Shown: piece after piece, positions 1-8,257 of the stretch
How the letters are laid out: each line of letters begins with the position of its first letter
Position numbering within the stretch: the first letter of the stretch is position 1
Source of the DNA: a virus
Lineage: Duplodnaviria; Caudoviricetes
Direction: 5' to 3' (one strand)
Virus record (IMG/VR): IMGVR_UViG_3300035498_000956
DNA length: 64,000 nucleotides
Notes under the pieces: generated by a model
Told to the model about the DNA's origin: nothing
Seen by the model: only the letters and a program-made list of their open reading frames with translations
Databases searched by the model: none
Position numbers and translations under genes: made by a program

Positions 1-318
1 GCAGTAGCCTAAGCAGTACCCTAAGCAGTACCCTAAGCCTAAGCAGTACCCTAAGCCTAAGCCTAAGCCTAAGCAGTACCCTAGAGGTACCCTAAGCCTA
101 AGCCTAAGCAGTACCCTAAGCCTAAGCCTAAGCCTAAGCAGTACCCTAAGCAGTACCCTAAGCCTAAGCAGTACCCTAAGCCTAAGCCTAAGCCTAAGCA
201 GTACCCTAGAGGTACCCTAAGCCTAAGCCTAAGCAGTAGCCTAAGCCTAAGCCTAAGCCTAAGCAGTACCCTAGAGGTACCCTAAGCAGTAGCCTAAGCA
301 GTAGCCTAAGCCTAGAGG
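1..318. repeat. Modular tandem array of CCTAAG, CAGTAC/CAGTAG and CCTAGAGGTAC units; may continue beyond the window start
   Basis: The whole stretch parses directly into these units in irregular order. The - strand reads as TTAGGC/TTAGGG-like repeats. Confidence 0.95.
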
Positions 319-344
319 AATACCAAAAAAAATTTCAAAAACAC

Positions 345-373
345 TTGACAAACTGCTTTTAATGTGCTATAAT
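345..373 (+). promoter_or_regulatory. Consensus sigmaA promoter with extended -10 and A-rich UP element
   Basis: TTGACA (345-350), 17 bp spacer, TG-c-TATAAT (368-373), A-tracts at 325-340. Confidence 0.9.
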
Positions 374-426
374 AGGCACATAAGGTAAAGGAAAACAGAT
401 ACCACATAGAAAGGAATTGATTAAAA

Positions 427-1059
427 ATGAAAAAAAATTACATGGTTATGGACTTAGAGGGTTGCTACTATAAGGGTGCTTATCAACTAGGATATGCAAT
501 ATATAACACTCATAAAGGTGTAATCAAAAGTGATTACTACAACATCAAAACAATGCTACATAAGTACAAAAAAAGTAAAGTGCTAAAACGTCAAGATGTT
601 AAAAACATACTCAAAACCAAAACAAAAAGACAAATAGAAATAGAAATACTTGACTTAATTGAAAGATACAAAATAGATACAATCTTTACATATAACTACT
701 TTAGTGATAAAAAAACACTTGAAAATACTTTCAGTAAAGACTTTATCAAAAGACTAAATAATAAATGTCAATTTGTTGACTTAATGATATTAAGTGTTGA
801 AAACATAGTAAAAACAAAAGATTATATCAACAAACACGAAATAAAGAGAAACATGGTTAAACATGGTGTAACAGTAATATACACATATATAACAGATAGT
901 CAACCAACACTACAATGTCACAACGCCGAAAATGATAGTATATTAGAATGTACAATACTAAAGTACTTACTTGATAACAAACTAACAAAGACTAAAATAT
1001 ATAATAGTTTAATGCATGAATGGAATAGTATTAGAAAATATATAAAAGCAAACTTTTAA
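427..1059 (+). CDS. DEDDh (DnaQ-like) 3'-5' exonuclease
   Basis: ExoI motif MVMDLEG, ExoII-like YNYFSD, ExoIII HNAEND; AAAGGA RBS. Confidence 0.75.
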   Translation: MKKNYMVMDLEGCYYKGAYQLGYAIYNTHKGVIKSDYYNIKTMLHKYKKSKVLKRQDVKNILKTKTKRQIEIEILDLIERYKIDTIFTYNYFSDKKTLENTFSKDFIKRLNNKCQFVDLMILSVENIVKTKDYINKHEIKRNMVKHGVTVIYTYITDSQPTLQCHNAENDSILECTILKYLLDNKLTKTKIYNSLMHEWNSIRKYIKANF

Positions 1060-1069
1060 GTTTGCTTTT
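1044..1069 (+). terminator. Intrinsic terminator overlapping the exonuclease stop codon
   Basis: AAAAGCAAACTT-TT-AAGTTTGCTTTT hairpin followed by T-rich sequence. Confidence 0.75.
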
Positions 1070-1821
1070 GTCTTTGTCTTTAAAGTGTTTGTAATAATAT
1101 CAATTTGTATTGATAATATAATGTTATTATATTGTTATCTGTTCTATGTTGCTATCGTTCTATTGGTATCTACAATAGTATTATATAATGATATGGTAAG
1201 CACTCAATAGTATTATAGTCGTGTTCTGTTCTGTTCTATCAATGTTCTATTGATATTAATATTAGTGTTCTGCTGATAGTGTTCTATATTAGTCAATAGA
1301 ATAACATCAATTAATATTAGTGTTTTGGTATCACTCAATAACATTACTAACATAGTATAATTAATATAGTCGTGATACTAAAGAGATTTAACTATTGATA
1401 TTATATTATTGTGTTGTGTTCAATCTGTATCTATGTATTAGTATATAGTCAATACTGCTTAACCAATGTTACTATTGATAGCATTAAACTATTGATAATC
1501 TAATGTTGTTTGATAACATTATCTAATTGATATTATTTATTAATGTTCTTGTATTAATAACATTGTCAATACTGTTTTGATGTTGTCTATTAGTATTATC
1601 TATTAGCATTATACTATTTAATCAACAGTATCAACTTACTATTGGTTAGTACTAACCTAGTAAGCAACCTAATATATAATACTCTTGTCAATTGGTATTA
1701 TGTCAATAGCAACACTGTATTGTGCAACATGATATATTTAATATACCTTGATAGTATTGTCTTTGTATATTATGACATAACAATCATACAATTGTGTATA
1801 ATTCTATATAAAATTATACAG

Positions 1822-1903
1822 TAATGTTAAATAATTTTGTTGATAATGTCAAATTTAATAGTAAAATTAATGTCAAATTTGATATAAAATTCTGTTAAAT
1901 TTG
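1822..1903. repeat. Four iteron-like direct repeats, TAATGTYAAATTT consensus, about 22-24 bp period
   Basis: Copies at about 1822, 1844, 1868 and 1891; the middle two are identical (TAATGTCAAATTT). Confidence 0.6.
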
Positions 1904-2084
1904 ATTAATAGCTTGCAAGCTCATGCTACTACACAATGCCTTGAAATGACGTAGCTACGTCGTTTCCGAGCCGTTCAATCAATTCTTATTAAAGAATTGG
2001 GTAGGGGGTATGAAAATTTACGCATAGAATTTTTTTTCATGCGTAGGGATGCGCTAGAAACAAATTCGACATTACTAATTTTTT

Positions 2085-2120
2085 TCAAGGTTATTATTTT
2101 CAAGGTTATCTCAAGGTTAT
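2085..2120. repeat. Three direct repeats of TCAAGGTTAT
   Basis: Exact copies at 2085, 2100 and 2111. Confidence 0.8.
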
Positions 2121-2252
2121 CTCTATCTCCTCTCTCTCTCTCAACTCTATTAATATTATACCAAATTCTACTAACTTAATCAATACCATTAACCCTATTT
2201 TCCTATAATTCCTCAAACTCAATAATTTTCATCCACTCACATCTCACACATA

Positions 2253-2281
2253 TTGACTTTTTCCCGATTTTATTCTATAAT
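2253..2281 (+). promoter_or_regulatory. sigmaA-type promoter upstream of the packaging genes
   Basis: TTGACT (2253-2258), 17 bp, TATAAT (2276-2281). Confidence 0.7.
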
Positions 2282-2338
2282 TATATATAGAGAGTTGAAG
2301 ATTAGACAATCAACTCCCTCTTAACTCAACAGAAAAGA

Positions 2339-2403
2339 GGTTGTTCTAACTACAATAGTGATGGAGAGCGTAGCTCGTAATCACTATTGTAGTTAGAACA
2401 ACC
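2339..2403. repeat. Perfect 24-bp inverted repeat with a GAGC-GTA-GCTC mini-hairpin in the loop
   Basis: GGTTGTTCTAACTACAATAGTGAT (2339-2362) and ATCACTATTGTAGTTAGAACAACC (2380-2403). Confidence 0.95.
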
Positions 2404-2593
2404 CAGTAATTCTTTATTTAATTTTATCGCCTTAATTTTCGCGGCGAAAAACAAGTTATTAATTATTAATACTAATTAATCAACTATTAACTATTAACTA
2501 TTAATTAATTAATAACAATTCTAAAACTAACCTATAACCAATAGACTCTATTCCTATTGATTATTAAAAACTTAAATGGAGGTGAGAATTTAA

Positions 2594-3796
2594 ATGGATT
2601 TTAATCTAGACTTTTCTCTAGAAACATCTCAAGAACGTTCTCTCTATATAAAAACAATGGTGGATAAATTTCCACAACTAACTCAAAAGGAAACTGAACT
2701 TTGCGCCAACTACATCCTCTATGGTAAGGATGAGGTAACTGGTTTTAGTGAGGTTGATCTCAAACGAGTTGAAATTCAATCAAAATATAATTCCTATAGC
2801 CGCAAAACTCTAGTTTCTCTTGATGCGTTAATGGAGAATCCACTATTCAATGAGAACTCGCTTAAACCTGAACAAAAAATTTATAAAAAGGTTAAGCCTA
2901 CTATTGATAGGGATAGGGATAAGGATATTCCTGGTATTCAAGAGCTTTGGAAGATTATTGATCATCAACAAAAAATTATTGATTTTAATGATGGGAAAGA
3001 AGTTACTCTAGATGAGGGAGAAAAACTACCTCAACTCAATGAAAAAGACTTATATCAAGCTCGTCATCACTTAATTGAGATGCGCCGCCAGCAATATACG
3101 TTAAAAGATTTTGCTAAGCCTCCAATTCTTTTACAAGGAAATAAAGGAGAGTGGTATAATGATCCTGTTAATAGTCATTTGTCTTTTATGGTATTGCCTA
3201 GAGGAGTAGTAGGGGTAAAAAATGATTTGAAATTTGCTAATCCAAGATTATACCCTAGTTATGATACTTGTTTCGCGGCGAAAAAACAAGCTGATAAAGT
3301 TTTTGATTTTACAAATCCTCAACACGTTGTTCAATTGACCCTATTCTATTCGGAATTAGCCGAAATGGTTGAAAATTGTCCTGATTCACCTATTTGGAAT
3401 TTGCTTTGGACGCTTGATTTTTATTTTGAACAGTCAAATCCTTCAGAACAAGAAAAAATTATTTTTAGACTTAAGAAAGAAAGACATTCCAATAAGGAAA
3501 TTGTTGATCAAATCAAAAGAGAATTAGGTGTTACTCATCAAGAAAACTATATTTCAACCCTTTGGAGAAATAGAATTTGCGATGGTATTGTCGCCGCTGC
3601 GGAATTAAACTATGATGAATGGTTATGCAGAAACTATGATAAGGCTTGGAAAACTTGTATTGATTGCGGCGAAACCTTATTTCGTGATGAAAGGATTTTC
3701 TGTAAGAAATCAAAAGCAAAAGATGGACTTGTTAGTCGATGTAAGTGTTGTGAACGTAAACAAAGACTCTTAAAGAAAAATAAAGAGGTGAAGTAA
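2594..3796 (+). CDS. Phage protein with a possible LuxR/sigma region 4-like HTH and a C-terminal zinc finger
   Basis: GGAGGTGA RBS; SEQEKIIFRLKKERHSNKEIVDQI HTH-like segment; CxxC...CKCC near the C-terminus. Confidence 0.5.
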   Translation: MDFNLDFSLETSQERSLYIKTMVDKFPQLTQKETELCANYILYGKDEVTGFSEVDLKRVEIQSKYNSYSRKTLVSLDALMENPLFNENSLKPEQKIYKKVKPTIDRDRDKDIPGIQELWKIIDHQQKIIDFNDGKEVTLDEGEKLPQLNEKDLYQARHHLIEMRRQQYTLKDFAKPPILLQGNKGEWYNDPVNSHLSFMVLPRGVVGVKNDLKFANPRLYPSYDTCFAAKKQADKVFDFTNPQHVVQLTLFYSELAEMVENCPDSPIWNLLWTLDFYFEQSNPSEQEKIIFRLKKERHSNKEIVDQIKRELGVTHQENYISTLWRNRICDGIVAAAELNYDEWLCRNYDKAWKTCIDCGETLFRDERIFCKKSKAKDGLVSRCKCCERKQRLLKKNKEVK

Positions 3797-4120
3797 GTGG
3801 AAGAGAAATTATTAAAATTAATTGCAAAATGTGATGTTATTGATTTTTGCGGCTTATTAAAAATTCTTTGTATTAATCAAGTGGATGAAAATGGTGAGGA
3901 TATAGATTTCTATGCTTTACTTGAACTTGCTCTTGATAAATTCAATGGACTAAAACGTAAGCAAAAGAAACAAATCCTTAAGCTAATGGAGGATGTTGTT
4001 AAAGAAAATCAAAAGCCAAAAGAAAAAGAATCTGATCTCGCGGCGGTGATTAATAGAGGTGATGATGGATGCGTAGATGCATCAAGTGTGAAAAAGAATA
4101 CGGACCCTCAGGATTCATAA
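3797..4120 (+). CDS. Hypothetical protein
   Basis: GAGGTG RBS, GTG start abutting the upstream stop. Confidence 0.6.
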   Translation: MEEKLLKLIAKCDVIDFCGLLKILCINQVDENGEDIDFYALLELALDKFNGLKRKQKKQILKLMEDVVKENQKPKEKESDLAAVINRGDDGCVDASSVKKNTDPQDS

Positions 4121-4992
4121 GTGTTAATAGTCAATTTTTTAATGGACAACTTCCGATTTGTCGCTATTGTTTAACTTCAATGTTATCTGCGGCTGAAGAA
4201 TTGGATCGTTGGAATTTAATGGATAAGATTTGTCAATGGGCTAATATTCCCTTTATACCCGAAAAATGGGATGAGATGTATCAAGCTGATGGTGTTGAGG
4301 CTATTGGTCCATATTTTGCGATCTTTAGAAATAAAGAATATGAAAGATTAAATTGGTCTGAGTATAATGAGGTCTATAAAGAGTTAGCAGAAAAAGATAA
4401 GCTGTCTGCGGCGCTACCTCGTTATCAAGATCAACAGTTACTTGAACTCCAAGCAAAGTGGGGCTTAAACTATGATGAAGAGGAATTAGAATATTTGGAA
4501 AATCTCCATAGAGGATTACTGGCATCACAAAGTGTTGTCGGCGCGCTTCAAGAAGACCAAGCATTAAAAATTTGTAAAATCTCTCTTTCTATTGATGAAA
4601 AGATTAGGGATGGAATTGAATTTGATAAGGATTTAAAGTCCTATGATAATTTGGTTAAGACTGCTAATTTTACGCCGAAAACTTCAAAGAATGGTGATGA
4701 TTTCGATTCTGTTGGTGAGATTTTTGCTTATCTTGAAAAGACTGGTTGGATTAATAAATATTATGACGGCGCGGTCAGAGATGAAGTTGATAATACAATG
4801 AAGAATATTCAGAATTGGTGTAGACGCTTGTATACTAATGAAAGTGGTATTGGTGAAGAGATTACGGAAAGAATCCAAAATTTAAGACTTGCTAATCAAG
4901 AAGCTAATTATGATGAAAAAGATTTTGATGATTTTGATTTGAAATTTGATAGGGAATTGAATGAGGAATTTGAGGTGGATTTGAATGAGTAA
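4069..4992 (+). CDS. Putative terminase small subunit with N-terminal zinc finger
   Basis: CxxC...CxxC N-terminus, acidic C-terminus, overlaps the terL start. Function assigned from synteny only. Confidence 0.5.
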   Translation: MRRCIKCEKEYGPSGFISVNSQFFNGQLPICRYCLTSMLSAAEELDRWNLMDKICQWANIPFIPEKWDEMYQADGVEAIGPYFAIFRNKEYERLNWSEYNEVYKELAEKDKLSAALPRYQDQQLLELQAKWGLNYDEEELEYLENLHRGLLASQSVVGALQEDQALKICKISLSIDEKIRDGIEFDKDLKSYDNLVKTANFTPKTSKNGDDFDSVGEIFAYLEKTGWINKYYDGAVRDEVDNTMKNIQNWCRRLYTNESGIGEEITERIQNLRLANQEANYDEKDFDDFDLKFDRELNEEFEVDLNE

Positions 4993-5235
4993 TATTTTAA
5001 CACCAAGAGAAATTGTAACGCAAAGCTTTGGACGTGTTTTTGGCTCATATGCTGAAAAACATTTTAGAAATGGAATTGAATTAGAGAAAGGAGCAGTTTT
5101 AAATCAACAGAGAATTGAACAGAATAGGGATTTATATGAGAAATATTGTAATTTATGGAGTGTTTATCCTGATTTGTTTTTGGATTTGATTAAGCCTGTT
5201 GGTTCTCAATTTAATTTATATTTTTATCAGAGGAT
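4985..5235 (+). CDS. terL: Terminase large subunit, exon 1 of 3 (spliced: 4985-5235 + 5538-5593 + 6756-8236, 595 aa)
   Basis: Ends LYFYQR-AT (adenine-binding Q motif); the last U pairs with the IGS G in P1 (GGAU/GUCC). Confidence 0.85.
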
Positions 5236-5537
5236 TAAAAAGAGTCCCCTTATATAGTGATATATAAGTAAACAGATGGTTAATTGCTGGGAAGCCCTAA
5301 AGCTTAAATGCCTTAATGGAACGAAAGTAGAAACAAGTTTTAAGATGGAATATGGTGAGAGCCTAAGTTCTAGAACAATGGGTGATCAGCAGCCGATAAG
5401 GTTCAACGACTATTAGAGTACTTCAAGCGAAGGAATAGCCATCTAACTTATTGAAGTTAAAGATATAGTCTCATCTCTTATGAAAGTAAGAGCAGTGAAT
5501 ACTGGTTTAAGAGTAGCGATCTTAAATAAAGATAATG
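5236..5537 (+). ncRNA. Group I intron terL-I1 (302 nt, no ORF)
   Basis: Core elements AATTGCTGGGAA, GATCAGCAG, GTTCAACGACTA, AAGATATAGTCT; U-G pair in P1; terminal G5537; removal restores the frame. Confidence 0.9.
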
Positions 5538-5593
5538 TTTTTTAAGAGCTTGTATGCGTTATCGTTATATAAACGTTACTGCACCAAGAGCGT
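5538..5593 (+). CDS. terL: Terminase large subunit, exon 2 (56-nt micro-exon encoding (I)FLRACMRYRYINVTAPRA(F))
   Basis: Joins exons 1 and 3 in frame and supplies the first half of the Walker A motif APRAFSKT. Confidence 0.85.
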
Positions 5594-6755
5594 TAAAATG
5601 GCGCTCATTAAAAAGCTTGAATTGCGGGGACATCCTGAGAGTTTTAATTACTAAACAATAATAGTAATGTTATTGCGGCGAGAGTAATTATCTCGGTATA
5701 GTAAAAAGATTAAAAATTGGACAATCCGCAGCTAAGACTCTTAATATATTTAAATAAGGAGAATTATATGATTAAAACAATTATGTTAAATGGAACAGAG
5801 AGCGCTTACACAATAAATGAAAATGGTGATGTGATTAATACAAAAACAAATAAGAAATTAAAAGGTAGCGTGTCTAGATCAGGCTATCATTACACAAGAT
5901 TATCGCAGGATGGAAAGAAATACCGATTTTTTACACACGTTTTAGTTGCTGAATATTTTTTAACAAAGCCTATAGGGGATAAATATGTTGTAAATCATAA
6001 AGATGGCAATAAAATGAATAATAATGTCCATAATTTAGAATATATAACTCAATCTGAAAATGTTAAACACGCACATAAATGTGGTTTAATTAAAAAACCT
6101 TCTGGTGAAAAAATAAACATAAAAGATCTCCAAAATGAAATATGGGTTTATATTGATGATTATCCAGATTATCAAGTTTCAAATTATGGCAGAGTTAAAA
6201 GTTTAAAATATAACAAAGAACGTATATTAAAACCGTCAACTGTTAATGGATATTATTTAATTACATTGTCAAAAAATAATAAGACTAAAAACTTTTTAGT
6301 TCATAGATTAGTATATTATTATTTTATTGATAAACAAATTGAAAATTTTATGATTGATCATATAGACAATAATCCTTTAAACAATTGTTATTCAAATCTT
6401 AGAAAGGTGACTGTGCAAGAAAATGTACAATATGCATTATATGAACAAGGTGCTTTCAAACATTTAAAAAATGTAATTGCTTATAAAAATGGTGAAATAA
6501 TAGGAGAGTATACTTCTTGTGCAGAAGCTGCACGAGCATTGTCTTGTGATTCTAGCGCCATTAGTAAAGTATGTAGAGGCCTCTATAAACATACACATGG
6601 GTATGTTTTTAAGTATAAAGAGTAAAGTTCAACGACTATAATCCCTAAAATCACTGGGTAGTGGGCTTAATAATAATATAGTCTTATCTTATAAGAAATT
6701 ATAAGAAGTTCATAAGAGAACTGCAATAATGTTGTGAATTATTGTGAAAATCATG
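5594..6755 (+). mobile_element. Group I intron terL-I2 carrying an HNH homing endonuclease
   Basis: P1 GAGCGU/GCGCUC; AATTGCGGGGA and AATCCGCAG before the ORF; GTTCAACGACTA and ATATAGTCT after it; terminal G6755. Confidence 0.9.
5768..6625 (+). CDS. Intron-encoded HNH homing endonuclease (two NUMOD4/HNH units plus a NUMOD1-like tail)
   Basis: VNHKDGNKMNNNVHNLE and IDHIDNNPLNNCYSNL; YQVSNYGRVKS; AAGGAG RBS places the start at 5768. Confidence 0.9.
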   Translation: MIKTIMLNGTESAYTINENGDVINTKTNKKLKGSVSRSGYHYTRLSQDGKKYRFFTHVLVAEYFLTKPIGDKYVVNHKDGNKMNNNVHNLEYITQSENVKHAHKCGLIKKPSGEKINIKDLQNEIWVYIDDYPDYQVSNYGRVKSLKYNKERILKPSTVNGYYLITLSKNNKTKNFLVHRLVYYYFIDKQIENFMIDHIDNNPLNNCYSNLRKVTVQENVQYALYEQGAFKHLKNVIAYKNGEIIGEYTSCAEAARALSCDSSAISKVCRGLYKHTHGYVFKYKE

Positions 6756-8236
6756 TTAGTAAAACATTCATATCAATTTTGGCAATGCTATTGATGTGTA
6801 TTTTTAAGCCTGGAGTTAAATTATTTATTTGTGCACCGAAGAAGGAACAATCAGCAAAGGTGGCTAGAGAGAAGATCACCGAAATTCTTGATTTATTTCC
6901 TATTCTTGAAAAAGAAATTGTAACAAAAAACTTTGGTGGCGATTACATCAGAATTTCAACAAGAAATGGTTCTATTTTTGATGTATGTGCAGCGATAGAT
7001 AGTACTCGTGGCGGCAGAAGGAATGCGGGTCTTATTGATGAGTTTAGGGATCACAATGGTGATGATTTAAACAACATTGTGCTTCCTTTAATGAATGTCA
7101 ATAGAAGAATGAAAAATGGTGCAGTAAATCCATATGAACCTCAACAATGTCAGATGTGGATGTCATCTGCTGGGGATAAAAATTCATATGGTTATAATAA
7201 GGTAGTGGAGCATATGGAACAAATGATAGTCAATCCGAAATCCACTTTCATTTTTGGCTGTGACTATAAGATACCAATGATGCATGGATTACTACCTGAA
7301 AATTATTTAAATGAAATTAAAAATTCGGCAACGTTTAAAGAAGAATCGTTTGCAAAAGAATATATGGGTATCTGGTGTGGAGCAACATCAGAAGCCTGGT
7401 TTGAATATGATAAATTTAACCGACATAGATTGCTTTGTAATCCAGAAACATCTGAAAAAACTAGAGATGATATTGAGTCATTCTACATTATTTCAGTGGA
7501 TATCGCCCGTTTGCAGTGCCAAACAGTGGCAACCATATTAAAAGTCTTTCCAAGAACAGATAATTACTATGTAAATGTAGTAAATCTTTTTGTTCTGGGA
7601 AAAACTGATCAAGCTAAAGTTTTTGATAAGCAAGCTTTAGAGCTTAAACGTTTAATTAAATTATATAATCCAAAAGAAGTTGTTATAGATATAAACGGCC
7701 TTGGCGTGGGTCTAGGCGATGAAATGATTAAAGAAACATATGATAATGAAAAAGGAGAGTTCTATCCTGCATATGGTTTCTTTAATAATGATGACTACAA
7801 GAAGGTCCAACCTAAAAATGCTATCAACATACTCTATGGAATTAAAGCAAATGGCCCTCTCAATAGCAAAATGCATGGTAATTGTTATTCAATGATTTAT
7901 GGCGGCCAAGTTAAGTTTTTAATTTCTGAACAAGAAGCTAAAACAAAACTATTAGCCACAAGAAAAGGTCAAAAAATGACGATTGAAGAGAGAACTAAAC
8001 GTTTAATGCCACACCAATTAACATCGATAATGATTGATGAAATGATGAATTTAAAATTAAAACCAACTGGAGTTTCTGGTGAAATTGTCCTTGAACAAAT
8101 TAATAAGAGAATGACAAAGGATAAGTTCAGTTCCCTAGAAATGGGCTTACACCGTGTTAAGGAACTCTATGAGGAACACGCAAAACGTTTCCGTAAAAAA
8201 GGAAGCGGTAAACAATTAGTATTTTTTAAAACATAA
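6756..8236 (+). CDS. terL: Terminase large subunit, exon 3 (ATPase and nuclease domains)
   Basis: SKTF Walker A end, GLIDE Walker B, MSSA motif III, ISVDIAR and KDKFSS nuclease motifs. Confidence 0.9.
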
Positions 8237-8257
8237 ATAATACACAGGAGGTAAAGA

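Noticed and set aside
1-318. CRISPR array or a Pro-Lys-Gln-Tyr repeat protein
   Set aside because: There are no unique spacers and the units are only 6-11 bp. The PKQY frame is broken by CAG-TAG stops and by the 11-bp units.
1642-2179. ORFs 1642-1824 and 1997-2179
   Set aside because: No RBS, TTG starts, and low-complexity translations within repeat-rich non-coding DNA.
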